From contig OZ250169.1 of the NCBI GenBank assembly GCA_965237955.1, positions 1,184,001-1,248,000 of the forward strand: a stretch of DNA of 64,000 nt, in the 5' to 3' direction. Below are positions 31,928 to 43,196 of the stretch, in pieces. Under the pieces are notes generated by a model. The model made no database searches. It had not been told where the DNA came from and saw only the letters and a program-made list of their open reading frames with translations. This DNA comes from Candidatus Marinacidobacterales bacterium (GTDB taxonomy: Bacteria > Acidobacteriota > Vicinamibacteria > Marinacidobacterales > SMYC01). The translations under genes were made by a program, and so were the position numbers. The stretch's first letter is position 1; each line of letters starts with the position of its first letter.

Positions 31928-32644
31928 ATGTCGCAACTCAAGGACAAATATGAATCGCTTCGACCCCTGATCGTATGGCTGGGACTAACGGAGCTAGTGT
32001 GGATCGCGTACTGGCTTCTTCGAACCGGCGACGGGACTCCTGGTTATACAACCACGGTCGTCGCGTGGATTGTGGCGATGCTGGGGTGGCTACTGCTGGT
32101 GATCTACGCCGGCCGTCGCGGTTTCTTCCTCACGCACACGCAATGGCTATCCAACCTCGTGGGGGTCGTCATCGTGGTGGCGTTCGCCACGGCAGTGTTC
32201 GTAGCCATTCCGTCCGCGAGGGAAGGAGTTGCTCGTGCCGCAGCCGCGACGACCGACGGCGAGCTGGCCTCGATCCACATTCTTCGCCTGCTCGCCATCG
32301 GAACGTTCATCAAGTACCTGCAGCGGCAGCTGCCGCTGCACTTCGTGATCTTGGGGGCCCTGCCGGACTTCCTATTTGCCGTAAGCGCCGTCGTCGTCAC
32401 CTTCTTGGCGGGGAATGGTTTCCTGGGGCAGGAATTCCTCTTCGCCTGGCATTGGATTGGCTTCTCGCTATTCCTGGGTGCTGGTATCGCGATGTTTCTT
32501 TCCGTGCCTTCACGATTTCGCATTTACCACAGCGATATCGACGCTTCAATCGTCTTCAGGTTTCCCATGCTCCTGGCTCCGAACTTCACCGTCCCTTTGT
32601 TCATGCTGGCCCATGCCTTTGCCCTCGTGAAGCTGATCGAGTGA
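31928..32644 (+). CDS. Uncharacterised multi-pass membrane protein, probably related to the upstream one
   Basis: Hydrophobic; 'HILRLLA...GALPD...FPMLLAPNF.VP..MLAH'. Confidence 0.75.
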   Translation: MSQLKDKYESLRPLIVWLGLTELVWIAYWLLRTGDGTPGYTTTVVAWIVAMLGWLLLVIYAGRRGFFLTHTQWLSNLVGVVIVVAFATAVFVAIPSAREGVARAAAATTDGELASIHILRLLAIGTFIKYLQRQLPLHFVILGALPDFLFAVSAVVVTFLAGNGFLGQEFLFAWHWIGFSLFLGAGIAMFLSVPSRFRIYHSDIDASIVFRFPMLLAPNFTVPLFMLAHAFALVKLIE

Positions 32645-32749
32645 GGCTGGCGTCTAGCTGATGGATGAGCCCGCGATTCGGGAGGGAGAGTGGAGACGAG
32701 ACGCTGGCATCTTTTCCGGCGAAAGGCGCCACGCTGCGATCAGCCGGAC

Positions 32750-33516
32750 TTCGCTCTGATCACAGGCGGCCTCCTTCTGGTCGCGGTCGTTCCGTTCCAC
32801 GGCGCTCCCGTCCTTGAACTGAACTCCCGCACGAACCAGCGGCAGCAGGTGCGCTCCGTCCAGCTTGCGCCAGCGCTGCTGAGCCATAGCCAGGAGCTTG
32901 AACGCCATCATCAACCCCTTGGTCGGGTTGCCTGCCCCCTTGGTCACACGCTGGCGTAGCCGTACAGTCGCAAACGCCGACTCGATCGGGTTCGTCGTGC
33001 GAAGGTGCTTCCAGTGCTCCGCCGGGAACTCGAAGAAGCTCAGCAGTCGCGCACGGTCCTTCTCAAGGCACTCGACCGCCTTCTCGTACTTCGGCGAGAA
33101 CTCGTCGACGAAGGCGTCGAACGACTCCTCCGCATCGTTCGTCGTCGCGGCATAGAGGATCTCGCGTAGCGCACGCCTCGCCTTTGGCTGCAGTCGTTTC
33201 GGCAGCTTGTCGAGCACGTTCGCCGTCTTGTGGCACCAGTCCAACTGCTCCTCAGTCTCGGGCCACACATCGCGAAGCGCCCTCCAGAAACCCAGAGCCC
33301 CATCCCCAATCGCCAGGAGCCTGCATGCCGCGGCGCTTTAGGTCCCGCAGCACCGACTGCCAGCTCTCCGTGCTCTCGCGGTAGCCATCGACCACCGTCA
33401 GCAGCTCCTTGGTCCCATCCTGCCGGGCTCCCAGCAGCACCAGCGTGCACAGCCGATCGTCCTCGAGACGGATGTTGAAGTGCACACCATCGGCCCACAC
33501 GTACACGTAGTCACGG
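32750..33516 (-). mobile_element. IS256-family transposase remnant (frameshifted)
   Basis: 'YVWADGVHFNIRL', 'DGYRESTESW', 'HLRTTNPIESAFATVR'. Confidence 0.85.
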
Positions 33517-34014
33517 TTTCTCGACTCTCTTGATTGGGTTCATGCCATCTGCCAGCAGATTATCCCGGGAGGAGTAGCTTCGAAGTCATTCCGGGACATC
33601 TGATACCCACGAAGGAGTCCGATGCGGACGATTCCTGACCGCGGCCAACACTTGACCAGGTTCTACGGTGCCTATGCGAACCGAATCCGAAAAGCGCTCT
33701 TCGAAGACGCGTCACCAGACGCTCCATCAAGCCCATCCAGCTCACCGCCTCCCTCAGAGACTGACCCAGCTTCCGCCGGCGCCCCGGCGAGTCGGGCTTG
33801 CTGGGCCCGTCTCATCCGAAAAGTCTTTGAAGTAGACCCGCTGATTTGCGCTCGATGCGGCGGGGAAATGAAAGTCATCGCCGTTCTCACCGAGCCCAAG
33901 GTCGTGGACAGAATCGTTCGACACCTTCAGGAAAAGGCCGAATCAGAGCGCGCTCCGCCTGGAGCCGCCCCGCAATCCCATCTGAGCTCCGAGGAGTCTG
34001 TTCCAGCGCGCTAG
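33517..34014 (+). mobile_element. IS91-like transposase C-terminal remnant with ~72-bp insert
   Basis: Repeats 30330-30465; ends 'WARLIRKVFEVDPLICARCGGEMKVIA'. Confidence 0.8.
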
Positions 34015-34089
34015 CCAAGCTAGCGTAGCTAGAAGCGCCGCAAACCTCTAGCCCCCGTGCGCCTTCCGCCCCAGTTACCACCCCACAAA

Positions 34090-34584
34090 GTCCCTGACCG
34101 AGATTCTCGGCACGCCGTTTCGCCGAAGAACCTGGCCGGGCATCCGATCCAGGTCGTTCGAGCCTACTCCGGATCCCGATTGAACCTCTGCTCGGGGGCC
34201 GATACAATCTCCTACAGGTTAAAGCCATCGAGAAGCCTGCGCAATTCGAGATCCGCTTGCTGATACTCCATGACCGAAGCTTGGGAATTTCGAGCCTCGG
34301 TTGATCCAGTCATCCAAAAGGACTTCTTCGCCATGGACTTCTGCGGCACGCCCGATGGCACGAATGAAATTGTCCTCTGCCTGTGCATAGGCAAATCCGA
34401 AAGCGGCGGCGGCATCGGTCGGGCCGTACACATGGGCCACGCCGAAATCGTCGCGGTAGACGGTGACGGTTCGGGCGATCGACTCCAGCAGTTCGATGTC
34501 TTCGCTCTAGCGCGACGAGGTACCGCCGGCGCAGGTGAGACAAACAGCAGCCGACACCAGAAGGACTTCTCTCTTCGACAACAT
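34090..34584 (-). pseudogene. Penicillin acylase-family N-terminal remnant
   Basis: 'VYRDDFGVAHVYGPTD..A.FGFAYAQAEDNF'; internal stop and deletions. Confidence 0.75.
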
Positions 34585-34706
34585 GGCTTACCTCCGACGT
34601 CCGACGTCCAATCTTCGAAGACCTTGTAACAGGAACAAGAAAACCAAAAACAGAGCTTATTCATTAGAATGACGTTTTACTTCGGTCTAAGGAGTCGATC
34701 CGAACC

Positions 34707-36038
34707 ATGGACCTCATCGCGACGATATCGGCCTGGATCTGGGGAACCCCCATGCTCGTCATTCTGGTTGGTGGGGGGCTCTGGCTCACCATCCGCCTGG
34801 ACTTTTTTACCATCCGATATCTCCCCTTCATCGTGAAGGAGACCTTCGGGAAGATATTCGCCAAGCCCCAGGGTGAAGGGACCATCACGCCATTTCAAGC
34901 CGCCTGTTCCGCACTTGCCTCCACCATCGGTGGTTCCAACATCGTCGGCGTTCCCGTGGCGATTGCCTTCGGTGGACCGGGAGCGGTGTTTTGGATGTGG
35001 GTCACCGCCATCATCGGCTCGGCCACAAAGTTCTCCGAGGTGACGCTGGGCATCGAGTATCGAGAGAAAAACGAAGAGGGCCATTTCGTCGGTGGTCCCA
35101 TGTACTACCTCAGAAAAGGACTGCGCTTTCGCTTCTTGGGGACGATCTATGCCTTCTTTCTCATGGTCGAGCTCATTCCCTCCATTTCGACTCAAACCGT
35201 CAGTGTGGCTCAAACCGCGGCGAGCATCGGGATCCCCAACCTGGCGACCGGCATCACCATGACCTTCATCGTGGGATTGGTGGTGATTGGCGGGATCAAA
35301 AGAATCGCGCAGGTGGCGGAGCGATTGGTTCCCTTCATGGCCCTCTTGTATTTCCTGGCCGCTCTGGTCATTGTTTTCATCAATATCACCAAGCTGCCGG
35401 GTGTCATCCTTATGATATTCGAGCACGCTTTCACCCCCATGGCGGCGACGGGTGGATTTGCGGGCTCGGCTCTTCCCGCGACCGTGAGGTGGGGTGTGGC
35501 GCGAGGGTGCTATTCCAACGAGGCGGGCATGGGCACGGCTTCCATCGCTCACGCCGCCGCGGTCACGGATCATCCCGCCCGCCAGGCTTTGTGGGGAGTT
35601 TTTGAAGTCATCGTCGACACGGTCATCTTGTGCACCACGACCGCTTTCGTCGTGCTCGTCACCGACGTTTGGAGGCAGGTGCCGGCTGCTCAGGCGGCTT
35701 CCATGCCTGCGAAGGCGTTCCAGCAGTACTTGGGTCAGAGCCTCGGAGGCGGTGCGGTAACCATCTGCTTGTTTCTGTTCGTCATCTCCACAATCATCGT
35801 GGTCACTTATTACGGGGAAAAGCAGGCGGAGTATCTCTTTGGCACCCGGTTTTCCATATTTATGAGATTCGTTTATCTGGGGGCTATCTTGGTGGGATCC
35901 GTCATGAATCTGGAGCTTCTGTATCAATTCCTCGACATCTTCTTGGCCACTATCGTGATTCCCAACGTCATCGGCCTCGTGCTCATGTCGGGGCGAGTCA
36001 AAAAGGTCAAGGACGATTTTCTGGGTAGATTGGCCTGA
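34707..36038 (+). CDS. Sodium:alanine/glycine symporter (AGCS family)
   Basis: 'GGPGAVFWMW', 'GGPMYY', 'GGIKRI', 'SNEAGMG', 'FEVIVDT'. Confidence 0.92.
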   Translation: MDLIATISAWIWGTPMLVILVGGGLWLTIRLDFFTIRYLPFIVKETFGKIFAKPQGEGTITPFQAACSALASTIGGSNIVGVPVAIAFGGPGAVFWMWVTAIIGSATKFSEVTLGIEYREKNEEGHFVGGPMYYLRKGLRFRFLGTIYAFFLMVELIPSISTQTVSVAQTAASIGIPNLATGITMTFIVGLVVIGGIKRIAQVAERLVPFMALLYFLAALVIVFINITKLPGVILMIFEHAFTPMAATGGFAGSALPATVRWGVARGCYSNEAGMGTASIAHAAAVTDHPARQALWGVFEVIVDTVILCTTTAFVVLVTDVWRQVPAAQAASMPAKAFQQYLGQSLGGGAVTICLFLFVISTIIVVTYYGEKQAEYLFGTRFSIFMRFVYLGAILVGSVMNLELLYQFLDIFLATIVIPNVIGLVLMSGRVKKVKDDFLGRLA

Positions 36039-36421
36039 GTTTAGCTGCTTCGGTGGATGCTCATGACCCGTCCCCGTCTGGTCAAAATACTCGAATGCCC
36101 AGTGGGTCAGCACGTTCGAAGCGCCTCCATCGCTCGCAGCCGTTTGAAACCGACGCCCTGGTCGGGTACCTACTCCAGTTCCGGGAGGAGACACGATGAA
36201 CTGGAAGACAATGCTGGCCTACATCACGGGATCGGTTGATCAGGAGTTGCTCCTGCGGAACGAGTACCTTGTGGCCGAGAATGGAATTCTGCGAAGTCAG
36301 ATTCAGGGTCGTTTGCGCCTGACCGATCGCCTGGCGCTGGGTGAAATCAGCCAAGGACGAGTGTCTCTCGAAACTCATGCTATTCGGTGAGAGGTTGCTT
36401 CGCCTGGCGCTGAAGGTGCGT

Positions 36422-36577
36422 ATTCCGGGGCATCGTGAACGCAGATTCCAGCCGAAGGTGAACATCCATTCCAAAGCATCGTGAACACGGATTCCGGGGA
36501 TCGTGAACATCGATTCCGGGGAAGGTGAACACGGATTCCAGGCAACGTGAACGCCGGTTCCGGCATCGCGAACGCTC
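36422..36577. repeat. Seven tandem 21-23-bp subterminal repeats of IS21
   Basis: Unit attcc-N-gtgaac-N; inverted copies at ~39165-39238. Confidence 0.85.
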
Positions 36578-36636
36578 ATCGATAGCACGTTTCAAGGCAA
36601 CTCTAGGTCGTACCCGGAAGGAGGACGATCTAGGAA

Positions 36637-38072
36637 ATGGCAGCTAAGAGGGTATCGATGAGAAAAATACGAGAGGTTCTAAGGTTAAAGTACGAGCTGG
36701 GTTTTACTCACCGCATGATCGCAAAGGCACTTCGCGTGGCGGTTGGAACGGTGAGTGAGTACCTGGCCAAGGCGAAGAAGGGTGGTCTGAGCTGGCCGCT
36801 CCCGGAGGAGCTGAGCGAAGGGGAGCTGGAGGCAGGGCTGTTTCCGCCGCCGGGCTCGTCTGGCGCACGGCCGGGTCTGGACTATGCCCACATCCACGAG
36901 GAGCTGAGGCGTCACCGAGAGCTGACGTTGCTGCAGCTGTGGGTGGAGTACGCGGAGAATAAGCCGGGAGCGTACGGCTACAGCCGTTATTGCGAGCTGT
37001 ACGGTCAATGGAGCTGTTCGTCGGGACGTTGGGCGCGAGCAGTTACACCTACGTCGAAGCGACACTGAACCAGTCGCTGGAATCGTGGGCGAAGGCCCAT
37101 AAGGGGATGTCGGATTACTTCGGTGGCAGTACGGAGATCTGGGTTCCGGACAACTTGAAGAGCGGCGTGGATTTGGTGGACCGTTACGAGCCAGGGATCA
37201 ACCGGACGTACGAAGAGCTGGCGACGCATTACGGTGCGGTTGTGGTCCCGGCTCGGGTGTTCAAGCCGAAAGACAAAGCGAAGGTGGAGTCGGCAGTGCA
37301 GGTGGCGCAGCGCTGGATCCTGGCGGTGCTTCGTCATCGCACGTTCTTCAGCCTGGCGGAACTGAACGAAGCCATCTGGGAGAAGTTAGAGGTCCTGAAT
37401 GCGCGTCCGATGCAGAAGCTCGGTGTGAGTCGGCGGGAGTTGTACGAAAGGCTAGACCGGCCCGTACTGAAACCGCTACCGCAGGAGAGCTACGAGTTAT
37501 CGACGTGGAAGCGGTGCAGAGTGAACATCGACTACCACGTGGAGGTGGAGAACAACTTGTACAGCGTTCCCTATCAGCTCATTCACGAGAAAGTCGAGGC
37601 ACGGGTGACTGCCTCGGTGGTGGAGGTCCTGTTCAAGGGAAAGCGCGTCGCGTCGCATCCCCGCAAGAAAGGAAAGGGGCACTACTCCACGAACCCGGAG
37701 CATATGCCACGTTCGCATCGGGAGCACCTGGAGTGGACGCCGTCGCGGCTGCTCCACTGGGCGGAGCAGTCAGGTCGCGCCACGGGAAGGCTGGTTGCGG
37801 GGATTCTAGAGAGTCGGCCTCACCCGGAGCAGGGATTTCGCTCTTGCCTGGGAGTCATGCGACTAGGCAGCCGCTGGGGCAGTGAGCGTCTCGAGGCCGC
37901 TTGCGCACGAGCGGAAGCTTTGAGCTCTTACAGCTATCGCACGGTGAAAAACATTCTCTCGGCTGGTCTGGATCGTGTGGTGCTCGAATCGGACGCCGAA
38001 GCGAAACCGCGAGAGGAGCACGAGAACATCCGAGGCGCGGATCACTACGAAGGAGGAGAGTCCCGATGCTGA
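36637..38072 (+). pseudogene. istA: IS21 transposase IstA, internal deletion/frameshift at ~37008
   Basis: 'MRKIREVLRL', 'VPDNLKSGV', 'PKDKAKVE'; segment between 'YSRYC' and 'LFVGTLG' missing. Confidence 0.88.
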
Positions 38073-38824
38073 CACCCGAAACGATAGAAAAGATGAACGC
38101 CATGAAGTTGTTCGGCTTGGTGTCCGCGTTCGAAACCCAGTTGAGCTCGAGCGAATACAAGGAGCTGAGCTTCGAGGAACGTGTGGGACTCCTGGTCGAT
38201 GCCGAGTGGACCGCCCGCGAACAGCGTAAGCTTTCTCGACGACTGCGAGCGGCAAAGCTCCGCTATCCGGCATGTTTGGAGAACGTGAACTTCCAAGCGC
38301 CTCGAGGCTTAAACCGCGAACAGATCTTGAGCCTGGGCAACTGCCGCTTTGTCGGTGAGCGCCATAACCTGCTCATCACCGGCCCGACGGGGATTGGCAA
38401 ATCGTTCTTGGCTTGCGCCTTCGTGGAGCGGGCCTGTCGTCGCGGCTTCACCGGATGCTACGTGCGAGCACCGCGCTTGCTCCACGAGCTCGCGGTCGCT
38501 CGTGGTGATGGTTCCTACGCCCGGCTTTTGACGAAACTCGCCAAGCTGGACTTACTGGCTATCGATGATTGGCTGCTTCACCCGCTGAAAGAATCGGAGA
38601 GACGGGATCTAATGGAGGTCATCGAAGACCGCGCCGAGCGTGGCTCCACACTCATCGCGACCCAGATTCCGCTCAAGCAGTGGCACGAAGCGATTGGCGA
38701 CCCAAACCAGGCAGACGCTATCTGCGATCGCATTCTCCACAGCGCGCACCGCATCACTCTCAAAGGAGCTTCTCTGAGAAAGACCAAGGCTGCGCCAAAG
38801 GCATTTGACAACGCCGATGCATGA
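38066..38824 (+). CDS. istB: IS21 helper ATPase IstB
   Basis: GPTGIGKS, LLAIDDW, ADAICDR. Confidence 0.93.
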   Translation: MLTPETIEKMNAMKLFGLVSAFETQLSSSEYKELSFEERVGLLVDAEWTAREQRKLSRRLRAAKLRYPACLENVNFQAPRGLNREQILSLGNCRFVGERHNLLITGPTGIGKSFLACAFVERACRRGFTGCYVRAPRLLHELAVARGDGSYARLLTKLAKLDLLAIDDWLLHPLKESERRDLMEVIEDRAERGSTLIATQIPLKQWHEAIGDPNQADAICDRILHSAHRITLKGASLRKTKAAPKAFDNADA

Positions 38825-39485
38825 GCGAGCGAGGGACCACAGCGTCGATGCGATAAAAACGGGTGAAACCGCCAAACCCGGGGTACCAGACGATGCGGCG
38901 CCAAAACGACGCGCGAGAATGCCTCAGGAAGCGTCTTCTCGAGCCAGGCCATACCCCAGCAACCCCCCGAAACCAGCCCCACATCGCCCGGGGTTCGGCC
39001 GCGGCAGGTCGCTGCCTACGGGAGCGGGAAGGTCGCTTCGCGTCTTTCCTTACGCCCGCTCCCTCCGGCACCGACCTGCCGCCCCTTGCTACACAACACG
39101 CAGGTAAGATAGGTTCACGTTTTCAATCAGTGGGAAGGAGGTCACCCAACACTTCATCGCTTCGATGAGCGTTCGGCTTCACCGGATTCGCTGTTCAGCT
39201 TGCTCTGGATTCGGCGTTCACGATGGCTGGAATACGCACGGAAGGAGTACGTCACCCACCATCACCACGAGAGGAATCATCAAGGAAAGGGCAATTTAGT
39301 GTTATTCCCGGCCAGCGAAAAAGGATGTCGGGCCGAGAGCGCGATTCGATGTCGGGAGCGGCTCGGCGGGCTGCTCCGTTTCTACCATTGCGAAGCCGCA
39401 TGAGTTTTTTGACCACACGGGAAGTTATTGTCGCTCACGCGGTTGTCACTCTACCCCGATTCGCCATCAGGGTTATATTGACACC

Positions 39486-41024
39486 ATGCAATCTCGTACA
39501 GCCCTCACCTTCGCAACGTTCGTCCTGGCCGCCACGCCGCTCGCGGCCCAAAAGCTCGACCGCACGCGCTTGGGTGACTTGGCCGAAGCTCAAGTCGAGC
39601 CGGCGCTACGGAACTTTCGAGAGTATTTGAGCCTTCCCAACGACGCACATTTTCCCGAAGACATCCGGAAGGTGTTGGATTGGATGGAAGCCGCGCTGAA
39701 CGCGCGCGGATTCGAGACGAGCGAGCTCGATACCGGCGGCATCCCTCTGCTCTTGGCCGAGCGCACGTTCGACGGCGCAGACCGCACCGTGCTCATCTAC
39801 CTGCAAGCCGACGGGCAGCCGGTCGACCCTTCGGCATGGGAACAGGAGAACCCGTACGTCCCCGTTTTGAAACAGGAGTTCGCTGACGGTGAACGGCGCG
39901 CCATCGAGTGGAACCGACTCGAAAGCGCCCAACGCGATAACGACTGGCGCATCTTCGCCCGCTCCGCCTCCGACTCCAAGGGACCGAACGTGCAGTTCCT
40001 CGCGGCCCTCGATGCGATGGAGGCCGGAGACGTCACCCCCGACTTCAATATCAAGGTCATCGTCGACGCCGAAGAGGAGCTGGGATCGCCGCACCTTCCT
40101 CCCGCGGTCGAGCGTTACCGGGACGCGCTCGCGGCCGACATGCTGCTCATTCTGGACGGACCTCCGCACATCTCCGGCCGCCCGACGTTGAAGTTCGGCG
40201 CTCGCGGCATCGCCGCGTTCACCCTGACGGTGTTCGGACCGCGCGTTCCCGTCCACAGCGGTCACTACGGAAATTACGCGCCCAACCCGGCGCTCGGCCT
40301 CGCCGAAATCCTCGCTTCGATGAAAGACGAGCATGGGCGCGTGACCATCGACGGTTTCTACGACGGCGTCGAGCTCGGCGATGACACCAAGGCAATCCTG
40401 GAGGCGGTGCCCGACGACGAGGATTTCATCCACGATTGGCTCGGGATCGCGTCCCCAGACCAAGTCGGTGGCAGCTTGCAAGAGGCCGTCCAATATCCGT
40501 CGCTCAACATCCGCGGCATGTCGTCGGGTTGGGTCGGCGACGAGCGCCGAACGATCATACCTGCCACCGCCGTCGCGGAAGTCGATGTGCGTCTCGTCGT
40601 CGAGAGCAATCCCGAACGACTCCTGAACCTGATCCGTCGTCACATCGAAGCGCAGGGTTTCTATGTGATCGATCGCCCACCGACGGAAGACGAGCGTACG
40701 ACGCACGTGAAGATCGCCTCGTTCACGTCGGAGATTTCTTATCGGGCGTTCCGCACCGATTTCGACTCCGTGCCCGGTGTATGGCTTGCAGCGGCGATGA
40801 AACATCTCTACGGAGAGGAGCCCATCCGCATCCGCACCTCTGGAGGGTCCATTCCCATCTCGCCGTTCGTGGTCACTCTCGGGATCCCCGCCGTCGGGGT
40901 GCCCACGGTGAACCCCGACAACAATCAACACAGCCCGAACGAGAACATCAAGCTAGGAAGCTTTGTCGAGGGCATCCGGGTGATACTGACAGTGCTCTCC
41001 CAGGACCTGCCAGCAGGCCGTTAA
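39486..41024 (+). CDS. Secreted M20/M25/M40 metallopeptidase
   Basis: Signal peptide; 'ARSASDSKG', 'EEELGS', 'HSGHYGN', 'NQHSPNEN'. Confidence 0.9.
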   Translation: MQSRTALTFATFVLAATPLAAQKLDRTRLGDLAEAQVEPALRNFREYLSLPNDAHFPEDIRKVLDWMEAALNARGFETSELDTGGIPLLLAERTFDGADRTVLIYLQADGQPVDPSAWEQENPYVPVLKQEFADGERRAIEWNRLESAQRDNDWRIFARSASDSKGPNVQFLAALDAMEAGDVTPDFNIKVIVDAEEELGSPHLPPAVERYRDALAADMLLILDGPPHISGRPTLKFGARGIAAFTLTVFGPRVPVHSGHYGNYAPNPALGLAEILASMKDEHGRVTIDGFYDGVELGDDTKAILEAVPDDEDFIHDWLGIASPDQVGGSLQEAVQYPSLNIRGMSSGWVGDERRTIIPATAVAEVDVRLVVESNPERLLNLIRRHIEAQGFYVIDRPPTEDERTTHVKIASFTSEISYRAFRTDFDSVPGVWLAAAMKHLYGEEPIRIRTSGGSIPISPFVVTLGIPAVGVPTVNPDNNQHSPNENIKLGSFVEGIRVILTVLSQDLPAGR

Positions 41025-41028
41025 AACG

Positions 41029-41435
41029 TTGAGAATTCTCTACTGTGTCGTCGGTGAGCGGATGGGTCACGCGACCCGTAGCGCCGTCGTCTTGTCTCAC
41101 CTCGTATCGGCCGACACGAGATCCGAGTCGTCGTGTCCGGGCGGGCCCACGGCTTTCTCGAGGAACGATTTGGTAAAGAGAACTCGCTTAGCGTCGAAGA
41201 GATCGACGGGCTGACGCTGCGCTATTTCGGAAGCCGTCTCGACCGCGCCGGAAGCTTGTTCTGGAACTTGCGCTCCGCACCCAAAGCGGTCCGCAAGAAC
41301 ATCAAGGTCTATGGCAAAGTAGCCGAGGACGGATTCCGTCCCGAGCTCGTCATTAGCGACTTCGAATCCTTCGCGGCACTGTACGCTCTTCGCCATCGTC
41401 TGCCGGTCGTGAGCATCGAGAACATACAGGAAAGG
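41029..41435 (+). pseudogene. GT-B glycosyltransferase (MJ1255-like) N-terminal remnant
   Basis: 'MRILY.V.GE.MGHATRS', 'PELVISDFE', frameshift near 41115, truncated. Confidence 0.7.
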
Positions 41436-41638
41436 ATAGGAAAAATCATAGCTTCGCTAATGGGTGCCTGTGGCAATTTTCGCAGGGTGCATGAGAGAAG
41501 GTTCCATTTCAGTACCTCGTGGAGCATACCAAAAGCCCAAGAGCGGTAGAAGCGACGTGTTCGCCCATTTTCCATCTCGACAAAGAGCTGGGTCGATGAT
41601 AAAAGAACGCTCACATTTTTACCGGAGGAGGCAAAGCG

Positions 41639-42493
41639 ATGCGCAATCTAATCTTTCTCATGAGTCTTGCTTTACTCGTCGGCTGCCAACCGGCGGCGGA
41701 GGCGGCGTCGGATGCAGCAACCAAAGACGCGGCCTCGGCCGACGCTGCCACCGACCCCACGGTATCCGAGCCCGCCAACTACAAAGTTGAGTTCGAGAAT
41801 GACCACGTGCGAGCGGTTCGAATCACGTACGCCGCCGGCGAAGAAACCGGAATGCACTCGCATCCCGCCTCGGTGTCGGTCTTTTTGACGGACGCCGAAG
41901 GCGTGCTTGCCATGGAGGACGGGAGTGAAGTGGAGTTCAACAACAAGGCCGGCGACTCGATGTTGATGGACGCGCAGAGCCACCAGCCCCGAGCGAAAAC
42001 GGACTTCGAGCTGATCCAGATCGAGCTCAAGGGCAGCGGTGGCGAAGCCGAGGCGGCACAGGAAGAGGTGTCCGGCGAGTCGGATGCGACCCAGGTGGAG
42101 CCGGATCACTACAAAGCGGTCCTCGAGAACGACCACGTGCGGGTAGTGCGCATTACGTATGGCGCCGGCGAGGAGGGCGCTCGTCACTCGCATCCGAACG
42201 GAGTGTTGGTTTATCTCAACGACGGCTCGTCAGAGCTTATCCTCGAGGACGGGACGAAACGCGAGGCTAGTCCCCTGTATCAGAACAAACTAGATAAAGC
42301 AGAGCTTGCCGAAACCCTTCTAAGTGCATGAATCTTATGAATATTATGGGCTGGCGAAAAGCCTAACTTTGTATAGTAATCAAAGATCCATGGGACTAGC
42401 TTCAAAGCCGGTGACACCGGGTGGGCTCCGGCGGAGACTCACCACGGCAAGGCCATAACCGACATCGATGCCATCCTGGTCGAGCTAAAGTAA
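41639..42493 (+). pseudogene. Bicupin lipoprotein disrupted by MITE
   Basis: Lipobox LVGC; two 'ENDHVR..RITY..GE...HSHP' domains; removing the MITE restores EASFKAGD...ILVELK*. Confidence 0.85.
42271..42395. mobile_element. 125-bp MITE, copy 2, with CTAG target duplication
   Basis: CTAG at 42267-42270 and 42396-42399; inserted within the cupin ORF. Confidence 0.9.
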
Positions 42494-43196
42494 AGAAGTC
42501 GTTTCTTTCTGGGACCCCCCCGCTTGGGGATGGGACCCAATCTTCGCCTGGGCAACGGTATGGCCTGCGACCGGGCATCGGCGCGTCGACGTTCTTCCTC
42601 GTGGGGGGTCTGGTTTTTCTTCCCGAGATGGTCCCCTCACAGCTCGTCCCCTTGGTGACGGAAGCTCTCGGCGCTCTGTGGCTGCTACTGCCCTATGTCC
42701 TACGGGTGGGGCGCTGGGCCCGAGGCCGATAAAAAGCAGACTATAGAAAAAAGTTTCGGAGATTCAGGCGGAAGGGCAACGCGTCTCGGCAAGACTTGAA
42801 GCAAATGCTAACGTGAAAGCAGCGAAGTGGGGCGCGGTCAGCGGCATCCTCAGCGGCGGTGTAGCAGCAGCTATCGTTTCGGCGCTACTCACCGGGCGGT
42901 GCCCTTGAAAGCCGCTTACTAGAAGAGGTGTTCAAGGTACCACAATCGTCCCGATTGGGCTTTGGTGCAATCTGGTGGACTCGCGCGTGGCCATAGGAGC
43001 GGCGTCTTCGGCGCCGGTGACATCTGACATCGCTTTCATTGCACTGGGCTAGAGGGGCATGGCTACGGGTCTGTTGGCACGAGTCGAGGGCGCAACGGTT
43101 TTTCGCGCGCCACGGATTTCGTCTCCGAGACGGGGTAGACGTGTACCCAGCCGGGCAGTGTGCGCTTAGAATGGTGAAGTCTTTGGAGGTGAAATC

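Larger units (their letters stand above)
36417..39238 (+). mobile_element. IS21-family element
   Basis: Ends TGCGTATTCC/GGAATACGCA; imperfect 7-bp DR ctgaagg/cggaagg; istA plus istB. Confidence 0.92.
36073..39421 (+). mobile_element. Internally deleted integrase-core IS-like element, host of the IS21
   Basis: TIRs cccgtctggtcaaaatactc / gagttttttgaccacacggg; N-term MNWKTMLAYITGSVDQELLLRNEYL, C-term HHERNHQGKGN...RERLGGLLRFY. Confidence 0.75.

Noticed and set aside
34677-36194. Long antisense ORFs (e.g. 505 aa here, 39606-40931, 7860-9068)
   Set aside because: Shadow frames of real genes in GC-rich DNA with no recognisable motifs
36422-36577. Regular ~22-bp repeats resembling a CRISPR array or iterons
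   Set aside because: No unique spacers and no cas genes; they lie inside the IS21 end and recur inverted at the other end
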